Positions 8,654 to 17,500 of a stretch of DNA of 53,562 bases are shown in pieces (position 1 is the stretch's first letter; every line of letters begins with the position of its first letter). The DNA is from Gammaproteobacteria bacterium (GTDB lineage: Bacteria > Pseudomonadota > Gammaproteobacteria > Ga0077536): contig JAYTTZ010000247.1 of the NCBI GenBank assembly GCA_043744805.1, positions 1-53,562 on the forward strand, given 5' to 3'. The notes below the pieces were generated by a model that made no database searches, was not told the DNA's origin, and was given only the letters and a program-made list of their open reading frames with translations. A program made the position numbers and the translations under genes.

Positions 8654-9862
8654 ATGTCCCAGAATGCCTTCGCCGCCCGTAAACGCGGCCCCCTGCTGGC
8701 CGCCTTCTGCCTGCTCCTGCTGCTGGCCGCTGGCGTCGGCGGTGCCTACTACTGGTTCGTCGCGCGCTTCTACCAGACGACCGACGACGCCTACGTCGCG
8801 GCCAACATCGTCAACGTGACGCCCCAGATCACGGGCATCGTCAAATCAGTAAAGGTGCGTGAGACCGATCACGTCACGGCCGGCCAGCTCCTGGTGGAAC
8901 TCGACGATGCAGACGCCCGGATTGCGCTGGAGTCCGCCGAGGCGCAGCTCGCCCACACCGTGCGCGAGATCCGTACGGTGTTCGCGACCAACGACACCCT
9001 GGAAGCCGACACTTCGGTGCGCCGCGCCGAACGCGCTCAGGCGCAGGCGCAGCTGAGGAAGGCCGAGGATGATTTCGCCACGCGCAAGGCGCTGGTGGTG
9101 AGCGGCGCTGTGGGCAAGGAAGAACTGAAGCACGCAGAAGTCGCGGTGGCGGCGGCAAGCGCGACCGTCACGGCGGCCGAGTCCGGCATCCGCGCGGCGG
9201 AGGAGCGGCTTGCCACCAACCGCGCGATGACCGAGGGCACCACCATAGAAAGCCACCCGAGCGTCGCGCAGGCCGCGAGCCGCGTGCGCGAGGCCTCCAT
9301 CGCCCTGCAGCGCTGCCAGATCAAGGCGCCGGTCAGCGGCGACGTGGCCAAGCGCACCGTGCAGGTGGGACAGCGCCTGCAACCGGGCAGCAACCTGATG
9401 TTGCTGGTACCGCTGGACCACGCGTGGGTCGAAGCCAACTTCAAGGAAGTGCAGCTGGGCCAGATGCGACTCGGGCAGCCGGTGAAGATCACGGCCGACG
9501 TCTACGGCAGCGGCGCCCACTACGAGGGCCACGTGGTGGGCTTCAGTGCCGGCACCGGGGCCGTGTTCGCGCTGCTGCCGGCCCAGAACGCCACCGGCAA
9601 CTGGATCAAGATCGTCCAGCGCGTGCCGGTGCGTATCGAACTTGATCCCGGGCAGGTGGCCGCGCGGCCGCTGCGGATGGGACTGTCACTGGTGGTTGAA
9701 GTGGACACCAGGAACACCGCTGGCGTGCCCCTGGCCTCCGCGCCCGCCGCCGGGCACGTGAATTCCACGGACGTCTTCGACGGCCAGCGCGACGCCGCCG
9801 AGCAGCGGATCGCCGACGTCATCGCCGCCCACCGCGGGACGCGCTCAAAGATCTCCCCGTGA
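8654..9862 (+). CDS. emrA: EmrA-type membrane fusion protein
   Basis: Motifs TDDAYV, WVEANFKE, FALLPAQNATGNWIKIVQRVPVRI. Confidence 0.93.
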   Translation: MSQNAFAARKRGPLLAAFCLLLLLAAGVGGAYYWFVARFYQTTDDAYVAANIVNVTPQITGIVKSVKVRETDHVTAGQLLVELDDADARIALESAEAQLAHTVREIRTVFATNDTLEADTSVRRAERAQAQAQLRKAEDDFATRKALVVSGAVGKEELKHAEVAVAAASATVTAAESGIRAAEERLATNRAMTEGTTIESHPSVAQAASRVREASIALQRCQIKAPVSGDVAKRTVQVGQRLQPGSNLMLLVPLDHAWVEANFKEVQLGQMRLGQPVKITADVYGSGAHYEGHVVGFSAGTGAVFALLPAQNATGNWIKIVQRVPVRIELDPGQVAARPLRMGLSLVVEVDTRNTAGVPLASAPAAGHVNSTDVFDGQRDAAEQRIADVIAAHRGTRSKISP

Positions 9863-11415
9863 GCACGCCAGCCGCCTGGCCGCCGCCGCCGTTGCGCGGC
9901 TGGCAGCTGATCGTGGGGTCGGTGGCTTTGTCGACGGCCACGTTCATGAACGTGCTGGACGTCTCGATTGCCAACGTGTCCATCCCCGCGATTGCCGGCG
10001 ACTTCGGTGTTTCGCCCAACCAGGGCACCTGGGTCATCACGTCCTTCGCGGTGGCGACCGGCATTTCGCTACCGCTGACTGGCTGGGCCGCGCAGCGCTT
10101 CGGGCCGGTACGTCTCTTCGTCACCAGCGTGCTGCTGTTCACGCTGGTCTCGCTCCTGTGTGGCATGGCGCCCAACATCGAAAGCCTGGTGGCGCTGCGC
10201 GTTCTCCAGGGCATCGTGGCAGGGCCCATGATCCCGCTGTCACAATCCTTGCTGCTCGGCAGTTTCCGCCGCGAGCAGTCGGGCACGGCGCTTACCATCT
10301 GGTCGATGACGAGCCTCATCGCGCCCGTGGTGGGACCGGTGCTGGGTGGATGGATCACGGACAACATCCACTGGGCGTGGATCTTCTACATCAACATCCC
10401 GGTCGGCCTGTTGGCCGCGGGCCTCACCTGGTGGATTTACCGCTCGCGCGAAGCCCCGACGGTGCGCCGCCCGATCGACAGCGTGGGCCTCGCAGTGATG
10501 GTGCTGTGGATCGGCTGCTTCCAGACCGTGCTCGACAAGGGCAAGGAACTCGACTGGTTCGAGTCCAGCTTCATCATCACCCTGGCCATCATCGCCTTCG
10601 TCGGCTTTGTGTTCTTCCTCATCTGGGAACTCACCGAGGAACATCCGGTGGTGGACTTGAGCCTCTTCGCGCGCCGCAATTTCTGGGCCTCTACGCTCAC
10701 GATTTCACTGGGCTACAGCGCGTTCTTCGGCAACCTGGTGCTGCTGCCGCTGTGGCTCCAGCAGCACATGGGGTATACGCCGACCCTGGCGGGATTCGCG
10801 ATGGCGCCCGTGGGGCTGCTGGCGCTCGTCATCTCGCCCTGGGTGGGCAAGAACATCCAGCGCTACGACGCGCGCTATTTCGCCACGTTTGGTTTCCTGG
10901 TCTTCGCGGTGGTGGTGGTGATGCGGGGCCAGTTCAACACCAGCGCCGACTTCAACACCATCCTGTGGCCCACCATCCTGCAGGGCGCGGCGATCGGCAC
11001 GTTCTTCATCCCGCTGTTCAACCTGGCCTTGCAGGGGATTCCGCCAGAGAAGATTTCCTCCGCGTCCGGCCTGCTCAACTTCTGCCGCATCACCGCGGGC
11101 GCGTTCGGGGCTTCGGTGGCCACCACCTTGTGGGACCGTCGTGCGGCCTTCCACCACGCGCGGCTGGTCGATCAACTGGACGCGGCGCGGTGGAGCGGGG
11201 TGTTGCCGGACACGCTTCCCATGGACGACGGCACTGCGTTGGCCATCGTGAACCGCATGGTCGACCAGCAGGCGTTCATGCTGTCGGCCAACGACATCTT
11301 CAACGGCTGCGCCGTGCTGTTCCTTGCGCTGGTGGGGCTGGTATGGCTCGCGCGGCCCGAGAAAGTGGTGATGCCGGCGGCGGCCACCGAGGAAGCCGCC
11401 GGCGGCGCCCACTGA
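9859..11415 (+). CDS. emrB: EmrB DHA2-family MFS efflux permease
   Basis: Motifs ATFMNVLDVSIANVSIPAIAG, QGTWVITSF, LDKGKELDWF; multi-TM protein. Confidence 0.93.
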   Translation: MSTPAAWPPPPLRGWQLIVGSVALSTATFMNVLDVSIANVSIPAIAGDFGVSPNQGTWVITSFAVATGISLPLTGWAAQRFGPVRLFVTSVLLFTLVSLLCGMAPNIESLVALRVLQGIVAGPMIPLSQSLLLGSFRREQSGTALTIWSMTSLIAPVVGPVLGGWITDNIHWAWIFYINIPVGLLAAGLTWWIYRSREAPTVRRPIDSVGLAVMVLWIGCFQTVLDKGKELDWFESSFIITLAIIAFVGFVFFLIWELTEEHPVVDLSLFARRNFWASTLTISLGYSAFFGNLVLLPLWLQQHMGYTPTLAGFAMAPVGLLALVISPWVGKNIQRYDARYFATFGFLVFAVVVVMRGQFNTSADFNTILWPTILQGAAIGTFFIPLFNLALQGIPPEKISSASGLLNFCRITAGAFGASVATTLWDRRAAFHHARLVDQLDAARWSGVLPDTLPMDDGTALAIVNRMVDQQAFMLSANDIFNGCAVLFLALVGLVWLARPEKVVMPAAATEEAAGGAH

Positions 11416-11425
11416 AGCGAGGCGC

Positions 11426-12568
11426 TCAGCCCCCGCGCGAAGGCAGCGCCACGACGCCACCACCCAGCACCGAGAGTTCCCCGTCCTGGTTGTGGGCAGA
11501 CTGTTCGATTTCCACCAGCCGGCTGCCGCCTTCCTCCCAGCAGCGGAGCACTTTCGCCTTCAGGAACAGCAAATCGCCTTCCGGGTTGTGGCGACGGATC
11601 TTGCAGTGGGCGCCCTTCAGGAAGCCCGCGTCGCCCATCCAGTTGGTGATCTGGTGGATGAGCCAGGAGCAGCGTTCCGGACCGTAGTCGTAGGCGCCGG
11701 GTGCGCCGACTTCCAACGCGAACTCGGGCTCCCAGTGCACGCGCTCCGGGCAGTCGGGGATGCCGAAGCGATTGGCGATGCCAAGACCCGGATGCTGGTC
11801 GACCAGCTTCCAGGCGAGCTTGTTGGCGCGGATGTACAGGCCGCCCCAGCCCTGGGCATAGGCGATGAAGCCGGTGACCGTCATCGGGCCCTTGAGCATG
11901 GTCGCCAGTTCGTCCCCGGCCTTGACGTCTTCGAAGTAGCGGGGCGTCGAGCCACGCACGTCTTCGTCGGCGTACAAGCGATACGCCTCGGCCAGTGCTT
12001 CCTGCGTGTAACGATGCGGTGGGCGCGCCTTCGCTGCCGAATACTTGGTGCCCTGTTCGCGCGCGTGGTCGCGCTCCGTGCGGAAGCACCAGCTGTCGGC
12101 GTCCGCCACCAGATCGCCCGCCTGGTTGTAGAACTTCACGTGGTAGATCTGCTGCACGGCGCGGCCGGCGAAGCGTGTCTGGTGTTCGATGAGATCCTTG
12201 AGGTTCGCTTCAGTGGTGATTTCATCGTTGCGGTGAACCAGCTTGTGCCAGCGCCAGTCCGCGCCCGACCACATGGCGTGGACGCCGGGCAGGCCGCCGA
12301 CATAGCCCGAAATGATGCGGCTCGTGGCGAACAGGAAGCTCGGCGGCGCGATGATTCCACCGTGCGCAGTTTTCGACGCATATTCCGGTACGCACCACAG
12401 GGGGTTGTCGTCGCCGATGCCATGCGCGTAGTGGCGGATGTTGTCGCGGGTGGCTTCGAAGCACCACGGTTCGGCCTGGCTTGCGATGGGCGTGCCGAGC
12501 CGCGCACGCAGTTCGTCGAGCCCCTGCTCGGTGATTTTTGGAAACTCGCGACCTTTGCCCATGGGCAT
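11426..12568 (-). CDS. Double hot-dog MaoC/FAS1-like acyl dehydratase
   Basis: Motifs TRDNIRHYAHGIGDDNPLW, YFEDVKAGDEL, YDYGPER, NWMGDAGFL. The start may be 12562. Confidence 0.8.
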   Translation of the reverse strand: MPMGKGREFPKITEQGLDELRARLGTPIASQAEPWCFEATRDNIRHYAHGIGDDNPLWCVPEYASKTAHGGIIAPPSFLFATSRIISGYVGGLPGVHAMWSGADWRWHKLVHRNDEITTEANLKDLIEHQTRFAGRAVQQIYHVKFYNQAGDLVADADSWCFRTERDHAREQGTKYSAAKARPPHRYTQEALAEAYRLYADEDVRGSTPRYFEDVKAGDELATMLKGPMTVTGFIAYAQGWGGLYIRANKLAWKLVDQHPGLGIANRFGIPDCPERVHWEPEFALEVGAPGAYDYGPERCSWLIHQITNWMGDAGFLKGAHCKIRRHNPEGDLLFLKAKVLRCWEEGGSRLVEIEQSAHNQDGELSVLGGGVVALPSRGG

Positions 12569-12613
12569 GACCCTTCTTTTTGGAGTGGAGGAAAAGAGCA
12601 GACCTGGGGACGC

Positions 12614-13852
12614 TCAGTGCGTCCAGGCACCACTCGCGTTGCTGCGGTAGCCCAGGGCGGCGTATGCCGCGTCGACCAGCGACTGCCCGCGCACGTTGAG
12701 CAACACGCCGGTCCCCATGCGGTTCATGGCGTAACCAAGGCTGAGCTGGCATTCGGGATCGGCAAAGCCCAGCGAGCCGCCGGCGCCCACGTGGCCGAAG
12801 GCCGATTCCGACAGCAGCAGGCTTGAATTCACCACGCCGGGAAGGCGTCGGTTGTCCATGGATTTCATGAAACCAGGGCCAAAGCGGACAGGCACCATCA
12901 GCGTTGCGTCGTCGGCCGTGGCCGCCGACACGCGCCCCATGCGGGAGAGTGCATCGGCGCCAATCCACTGCCGATTGCCGAAGGTGCCGCCGTTGGCGAA
13001 AGGCGCGTAGACGCGGGCGAGGCCGCGGGCGTTGGCAATGCCGTTGGCCGAGCCCACTTCCGCCTGGTGGCAGGCCGTGGTGTTGGCGTCGAACAACGCG
13101 AAATCCCGCATGAAGAGATGCGCGGGCGTGCCGGGCGCGGTGAGCGCAGCCTGGATGAAGCGGGTGTTGATCCAGTGACTGTCGGGCACCGGCAGGATCA
13201 TCGGCGCGACGCGGGATTCAAGCTCGGCGGGCAGGCCAATCCAGCACTCGGCCTCGAGCGGCGCGGCGAGTTGCTCGTGGAAGTAGGGCCCAAGGCGCTG
13301 GCCAGCCGCACGGTGGATGAGTTCACCCACGGTCCAGGCCATCGTGATGCCGTGGTAACCCATGCGCGAGCCCGGCGCCCAGAACGCGGGCTCGGCGGCG
13401 ACCCGTCCAACCATGGCTGCGTAGTCCCAGAAGCCACCGACCGGCACCGGATCACGCACGTGCGGTACGCCAACGGTGTGGTCGAGTGTCATGGATACGC
13501 GCGCTGATTCCTTGCCGCCGGCGCCGAACCCGGGCCAATAGCGGGTGACCGGCGCGTCGAGATCCAGCTGGCCGCGGTCGGCCAGGAGGTGCGCGCACAA
13601 GGACATCAGGCCCTTGGTGGACGAGAACACGGTGCAGACGGTGTCGGCCGCCCAGGGTTCCCCGCCGGCTGTTTTCGCGCCGCCCCACAGATCCACCACC
13701 AGCTTGCCGTCGAGGGTGAGCGCGACGCTCGCGCCGACTTCGGCGTTGGCCGTGAAATTATCATGGAAGGCCTGCAAGACGCCGTTGAAGCGTGAATCGC
13801 AGAAGCCCTGGATGCGGCCTGCGCCGGTTTCGACATCAACTGCACGACGCAT
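12614..13852 (-). CDS. Serine hydrolase, beta-lactamase-fold esterase (EstA-like)
   Basis: Motifs VVDLWGG, SxxK (FSSTKG), WAPGSRMGYH, FGHVGAGGSLGFADP. Start uncertain. Confidence 0.88.
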   Translation of the reverse strand: MRRAVDVETGAGRIQGFCDSRFNGVLQAFHDNFTANAEVGASVALTLDGKLVVDLWGGAKTAGGEPWAADTVCTVFSSTKGLMSLCAHLLADRGQLDLDAPVTRYWPGFGAGGKESARVSMTLDHTVGVPHVRDPVPVGGFWDYAAMVGRVAAEPAFWAPGSRMGYHGITMAWTVGELIHRAAGQRLGPYFHEQLAAPLEAECWIGLPAELESRVAPMILPVPDSHWINTRFIQAALTAPGTPAHLFMRDFALFDANTTACHQAEVGSANGIANARGLARVYAPFANGGTFGNRQWIGADALSRMGRVSAATADDATLMVPVRFGPGFMKSMDNRRLPGVVNSSLLLSESAFGHVGAGGSLGFADPECQLSLGYAMNRMGTGVLLNVRGQSLVDAAYAALGYRSNASGAWTH

Positions 13853-14035
13853 GCGAGGGTCCTGTCCTGGAACGACCCCGAGGATAGGCGAAGACGCCGC
13901 CTGCACCAACGCCCGGGCGCCGGACTGGCACGGGTCATGCCTACGGCGTATGGTCCCCGGCGCCATGCTTGGCCCGCGTGCCGCCACATCCCGTCCAGAG
14001 TTCCTGCAGGCACGCCGACAATGGAGGCTTGACCG

Positions 14036-15049
14036 ATGACCCGCACCGACGTGACCACCACCGATCTCGCGGCCTGGGCTGCCACGGGGGGCATCCTGCT
14101 CGGCGTGATCGCCCTGAACCTGCTGCCGTCCCTGATCGCCGCGCTGCTGGTCTACGTGCTGGTGAACCAGCTGACGCCTCTCCTCACCAACCGCCTGCTC
14201 GGCGGTGAAGGCCCGCGGCTGCTCGCGGTATCGCTGATTGCCACGGCCGTGATTGCGCTCATCGTGCTGGTGGGCATGTCGCTCGCCTCACTGCTGCGCG
14301 AGAGCAACGATAGCCTGGTGGCCCTCATCGCACGCATGGCTGAAATCATCGAACACTCCCGCCAGCAACTACCGGCATGGGTCATCGACTACCTCCCCAC
14401 CGACGGCGAGGAGCTCCGCCGGATGCTGGTGCACTGGCTGCGCGAGCACGCCCAGTTGTTCCAGGTGGCCGGCACCGGCCTCGGTCGCGGCCTGGTGCAT
14501 GTCTTGATTGGCATGGTGATCGGCGGCCTGCTGTCGCTGGAAGCGGCGACACCCCCCGGCATGCGGCGCCCGCTGGCGGCGGCCATCGCCACGCGTGGCT
14601 ACAGGCTGGCCGACTCCTTCCGTCGCGTGGTGTTCGCGCAAGCCTGGATTTCAACCCTCAACACGCTGTTCACCGGCATCTTCCTGAACGTGGCCCTACC
14701 CCCCTTCGGCATCAACCTCCCGTTCACCAAGACCTTGCTGGTGGTGACCTTCGTGTGCGGCTTGTTGCCCATCCTCGGTAACCTCATTTCAAACACGGTG
14801 ATCTTCGTGGTCGCCTTGAGCCACTCGCTGATGGTGGCGGTGTCGGTGCTGGTCTATCTCATCGTCATCCACAAGCTCGAGTATTTCCTCAACGCCCGCA
14901 TCATCGGCCACCACATCCGCGCGAAGGCCTGGGAACTGCTTACCGCAATGCTGCTGATGGAATCCGCCTTCGGGATCCCGGGCCTCATCGCCGCGCCGAT
15001 CTACTACGCCTATGTAAAGGCCGAGCTGCGCGAAAAGGTGCTCATCTGA
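14036..15049 (+). CDS. AI-2E family transporter
   Basis: Multi-TM protein with GLLPILGNLISN, IHKLEYFLNARIIG, GLIAAPIYYAY. Confidence 0.85.
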   Translation: MTRTDVTTTDLAAWAATGGILLGVIALNLLPSLIAALLVYVLVNQLTPLLTNRLLGGEGPRLLAVSLIATAVIALIVLVGMSLASLLRESNDSLVALIARMAEIIEHSRQQLPAWVIDYLPTDGEELRRMLVHWLREHAQLFQVAGTGLGRGLVHVLIGMVIGGLLSLEAATPPGMRRPLAAAIATRGYRLADSFRRVVFAQAWISTLNTLFTGIFLNVALPPFGINLPFTKTLLVVTFVCGLLPILGNLISNTVIFVVALSHSLMVAVSVLVYLIVIHKLEYFLNARIIGHHIRAKAWELLTAMLLMESAFGIPGLIAAPIYYAYVKAELREKVLI

Positions 15050-15069
15050 CCCCTGCCCGGAGTACCGCC

Positions 15070-15744
15070 GTGCCCACGCTCTACCACTGCCTGACCGCGC
15101 GTTCCTTCCGCCCACTCTGGGCTCTGGAGGAACTGCGCCTCGAATACACGCTTGAAATGCTGCCGTTTCCGCCGCGGCAATTCGCACGTGAATACCTGGC
15201 GGTGAATCCGCTGGGCACGGTGCCGGCTTTCATCGAGGGTGGCACGTGCATGACCGAATCCGTCGCGATCTGCCAGTACCTCGTCGATCGCCACGCGCCC
15301 ACGCCCCTCGCCGTGACCGTCGACGAGCCTGCCTATGGCGCCTACCTCAACTGGCTCCACTTCGGCGAAGCCACCTTGACCTTCCCGCAGACCCTGGTGC
15401 TGCGCTACACGCGGCTGGAACCGCCCGCAAGGCGCAACCCTCAAGCCGCGCACGACTACGAGCGCTGGTTCCTCGGCCGCTTGCGCGGCATCGAGAACGC
15501 GGTGGCCGGGGGCCACCTGTGCGGTGGTCGCTTCACGCTTGCCGATATCTCGGTAGGCTTTGCGCTGCTGTTCGCGGAATGCCTCGGCCTCGCCGGGCAA
15601 TTCTCGCCCGCAGTGGCGGCCTACCTGGTGGGCTTGAAGGCGCGTCCGGGTTTCCAGCGCGCCAGGGCAGCGGAACTCGCGGGCGCGGACGCGGCGGGGC
15701 TTTCCACTGACGTCGCGGCCATGTACGCGCCGCGCGACCGCTGA
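15070..15744 (+). CDS. Glutathione S-transferase
   Basis: Motifs ARSFRPLWALEEL, VNPLGTVP, MTESVAICQYL, FTLADISVG. Confidence 0.9.
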   Translation: MPTLYHCLTARSFRPLWALEELRLEYTLEMLPFPPRQFAREYLAVNPLGTVPAFIEGGTCMTESVAICQYLVDRHAPTPLAVTVDEPAYGAYLNWLHFGEATLTFPQTLVLRYTRLEPPARRNPQAAHDYERWFLGRLRGIENAVAGGHLCGGRFTLADISVGFALLFAECLGLAGQFSPAVAAYLVGLKARPGFQRARAAELAGADAAGLSTDVAAMYAPRDR

Positions 15745-15759
15745 GCGACAGGCCGCGCG

Positions 15760-16173
15760 TCAACCGGCGCAGCGGAAGCGATGGCACTGGCCGTCGTGGC
15801 GCACGGTGATTCGTCGCCCCACGGGCTCACGTTCGGTAAAGGACGGCAGGATAGAGGGGTCATCCGCTGCTGGTTTAGCCAGCAGCCTGGTGTCGTCGGC
15901 ACGCGCCGCCACGTAGGCGACTTCGGGCTGCCCCTTGCGCAAGATCAGCACCTGGCTTTCCACCGTGGCCTCGCGGCAGTCGAGGGCGGCCTGGGCAACC
16001 GTGGGCAGCGCCTTGAAGCGATGCTCGAGATCACCGGCGGCGGTGTCCGCCAGCGCCGCGCGGGCTGCCCGTTCCAGGAGATCCATGGGGGAAGGCAATG
16101 CGTCCCTGGTGCCGGGATCGCGCTGGACGCATTGGCCGACACCGACGAGGACGGGGGTGTTGTCGAGGATCAT
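15760..16173 (-). pseudogene. Internally deleted thiolase-like acetyl-CoA acetyltransferase (N- and C-termini fused in frame)
   Basis: The N-terminus TPVLVGVGQ...PMDLLERAARAALAD joins directly to a C-terminal-type segment ATVES...EPVGRRITVR. Only 137 codons versus about 500 aa typical for this family. Confidence 0.65.
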
Positions 16174-16362
16174 CCGGGGCTTCCTGCCTGGGGTATCCGG
16201 ATACTGGCCCGCCCTGCCCGTTGCCGACAATCCGCTGCGGGTGGATAGACGGCGGTGCGACCGCTAGCATTACGGGATCGAAAACGCACCGGCCATCGAC
16301 GCCGCGCCCGCCATCGACGGGCTGTCCTGTCCACTGGCCATAAATTGATGAGGGGAGATTTC

Positions 16363-17277
16363 ATGTTGCTCAAAGGCAAAGTCATTCTGGTCACCGGCGC
16401 AGGTCGCGGTGTGGGTCGCGCCATCGCGCTGGAAGCTGCGAAAGCGGGCGCTTCGGTGGCGGTCAACGACCTTGGCGTGGGACTGTCGGGTGACGGTGGC
16501 GACGCTGATGCCGGCCCGGCCCAGGCAGTGGTGCGGGAAATCGAGGACCTGGGTGGTCGCGCCATCGCGCTCACCAAGAGCGTGTCGTCCTGGGACGACG
16601 CGGTTTCCATGGTGGACGAGACCGTCCAGCGCCTCGGCCGCATCGACGGCGTGGTCAACAACGCCGGCAACCTGCGCGACGTCATCTTCCACAAGATGAC
16701 CCCGGAAGATTTCCATGCCGTCATCAGCGTCCACCTGTTCGGCACGTTCAACATGAGCCGTGCCGCTGCGCCCTACTTCAAGGAGCAGGCCAGCGGTGCC
16801 TTCGTGCACATGACCTCCACCTCCGGCCTCATCGGCAACTTCGGCCAGGCCAATTATTCGGCTGCCAAGCTCGGCATCGTGGGCCTGTCGAAGTCCATCG
16901 CGCTCGACATGCAGAAGTTTGGCGTGCGTTCCAACTGCATCGCGCCGTTTGCGTGGACCCGCATGATCGACTCCATCCCGATCACCGACGTCGAGCAGGC
17001 ACAGCGCGTGGAGCGCCTGAAGACCCTGAAACCCGAGAAGGTCGCGCCCTGCGCGGTGGCCCTCCTGGCGGACACGGCAAGCAAGGTCAGCGGCCAGATT
17101 TTTGGCGTGCGTAACAACGAAATCTTCCTTTTCTCGCAGAACCGGCCGTTCAAGACCGCGCATACGGCCGAAGGCTGGACGCCGGAAACGATTACCGAGC
17201 GGGTGTTCGATCAGTTCAAGACGTCCTTCTATCCGCTGGAACGCTCCGGCGACATCTTCAGCTGGGATCCGGTCTGA
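16363..17277 (+). CDS. SDR oxidoreductase (3-hydroxyacyl-CoA dehydrogenase/MFE-2-like)
   Basis: Motifs TGAGRGVG, VNDLG, VNNAG, GNFGQANYSAAK. RBS GAGGGGAG upstream. Confidence 0.92.
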   Translation: MLLKGKVILVTGAGRGVGRAIALEAAKAGASVAVNDLGVGLSGDGGDADAGPAQAVVREIEDLGGRAIALTKSVSSWDDAVSMVDETVQRLGRIDGVVNNAGNLRDVIFHKMTPEDFHAVISVHLFGTFNMSRAAAPYFKEQASGAFVHMTSTSGLIGNFGQANYSAAKLGIVGLSKSIALDMQKFGVRSNCIAPFAWTRMIDSIPITDVEQAQRVERLKTLKPEKVAPCAVALLADTASKVSGQIFGVRNNEIFLFSQNRPFKTAHTAEGWTPETITERVFDQFKTSFYPLERSGDIFSWDPV

Positions 17278-17289
17278 GGAGGTAAGTAC

Positions 17290-17334
17290 GCCCCGCGTCG
17301 CCAGGCCCGGTTACCGGGCCTGGCGATGCGGGGC
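17290..17334. repeat. Long near-perfect palindrome (21-bp stem); REP-like element or transcript-stabilising hairpin
   Basis: GCCCCGCGTCGCCAGGCCCGG-TTA-CCGGGCCTGGCGATGCGGGGC with a single G:T pair and no U tract. Confidence 0.7.
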
Positions 17335-17500
17335 AGTCCTGCAGATCTCTTTCCCGCGCAAGCGCGAATCAAATCGGCATTCCAGCCACACAAGGCCCGT
17401 ATTCGCTGGCCTCGCGCCGTACCTCGCGTTCTATAATGCGGGCACCCTTCGGGTCCGCATGCGGACCATCCAACGATCCAATCCGCCTGCGGAGCCCGCC

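Noticed and set aside
10158-12826. Long alternative-frame ORFs (509, 444 and 305 aa), and similar ones at 23026..24639, 32783..34096, 36089..37504 and 39074..40477
   Set aside because: These are shadow ORFs expected at high GC. They overlap well-supported genes and are Arg/Ala/Pro-rich without motifs.
12614-13852. Beta-lactam resistance gene
   Set aside because: The motif pattern (VDLWGG, GYH, FGHxGAGGS) fits family VIII esterases rather than true AmpC enzymes.
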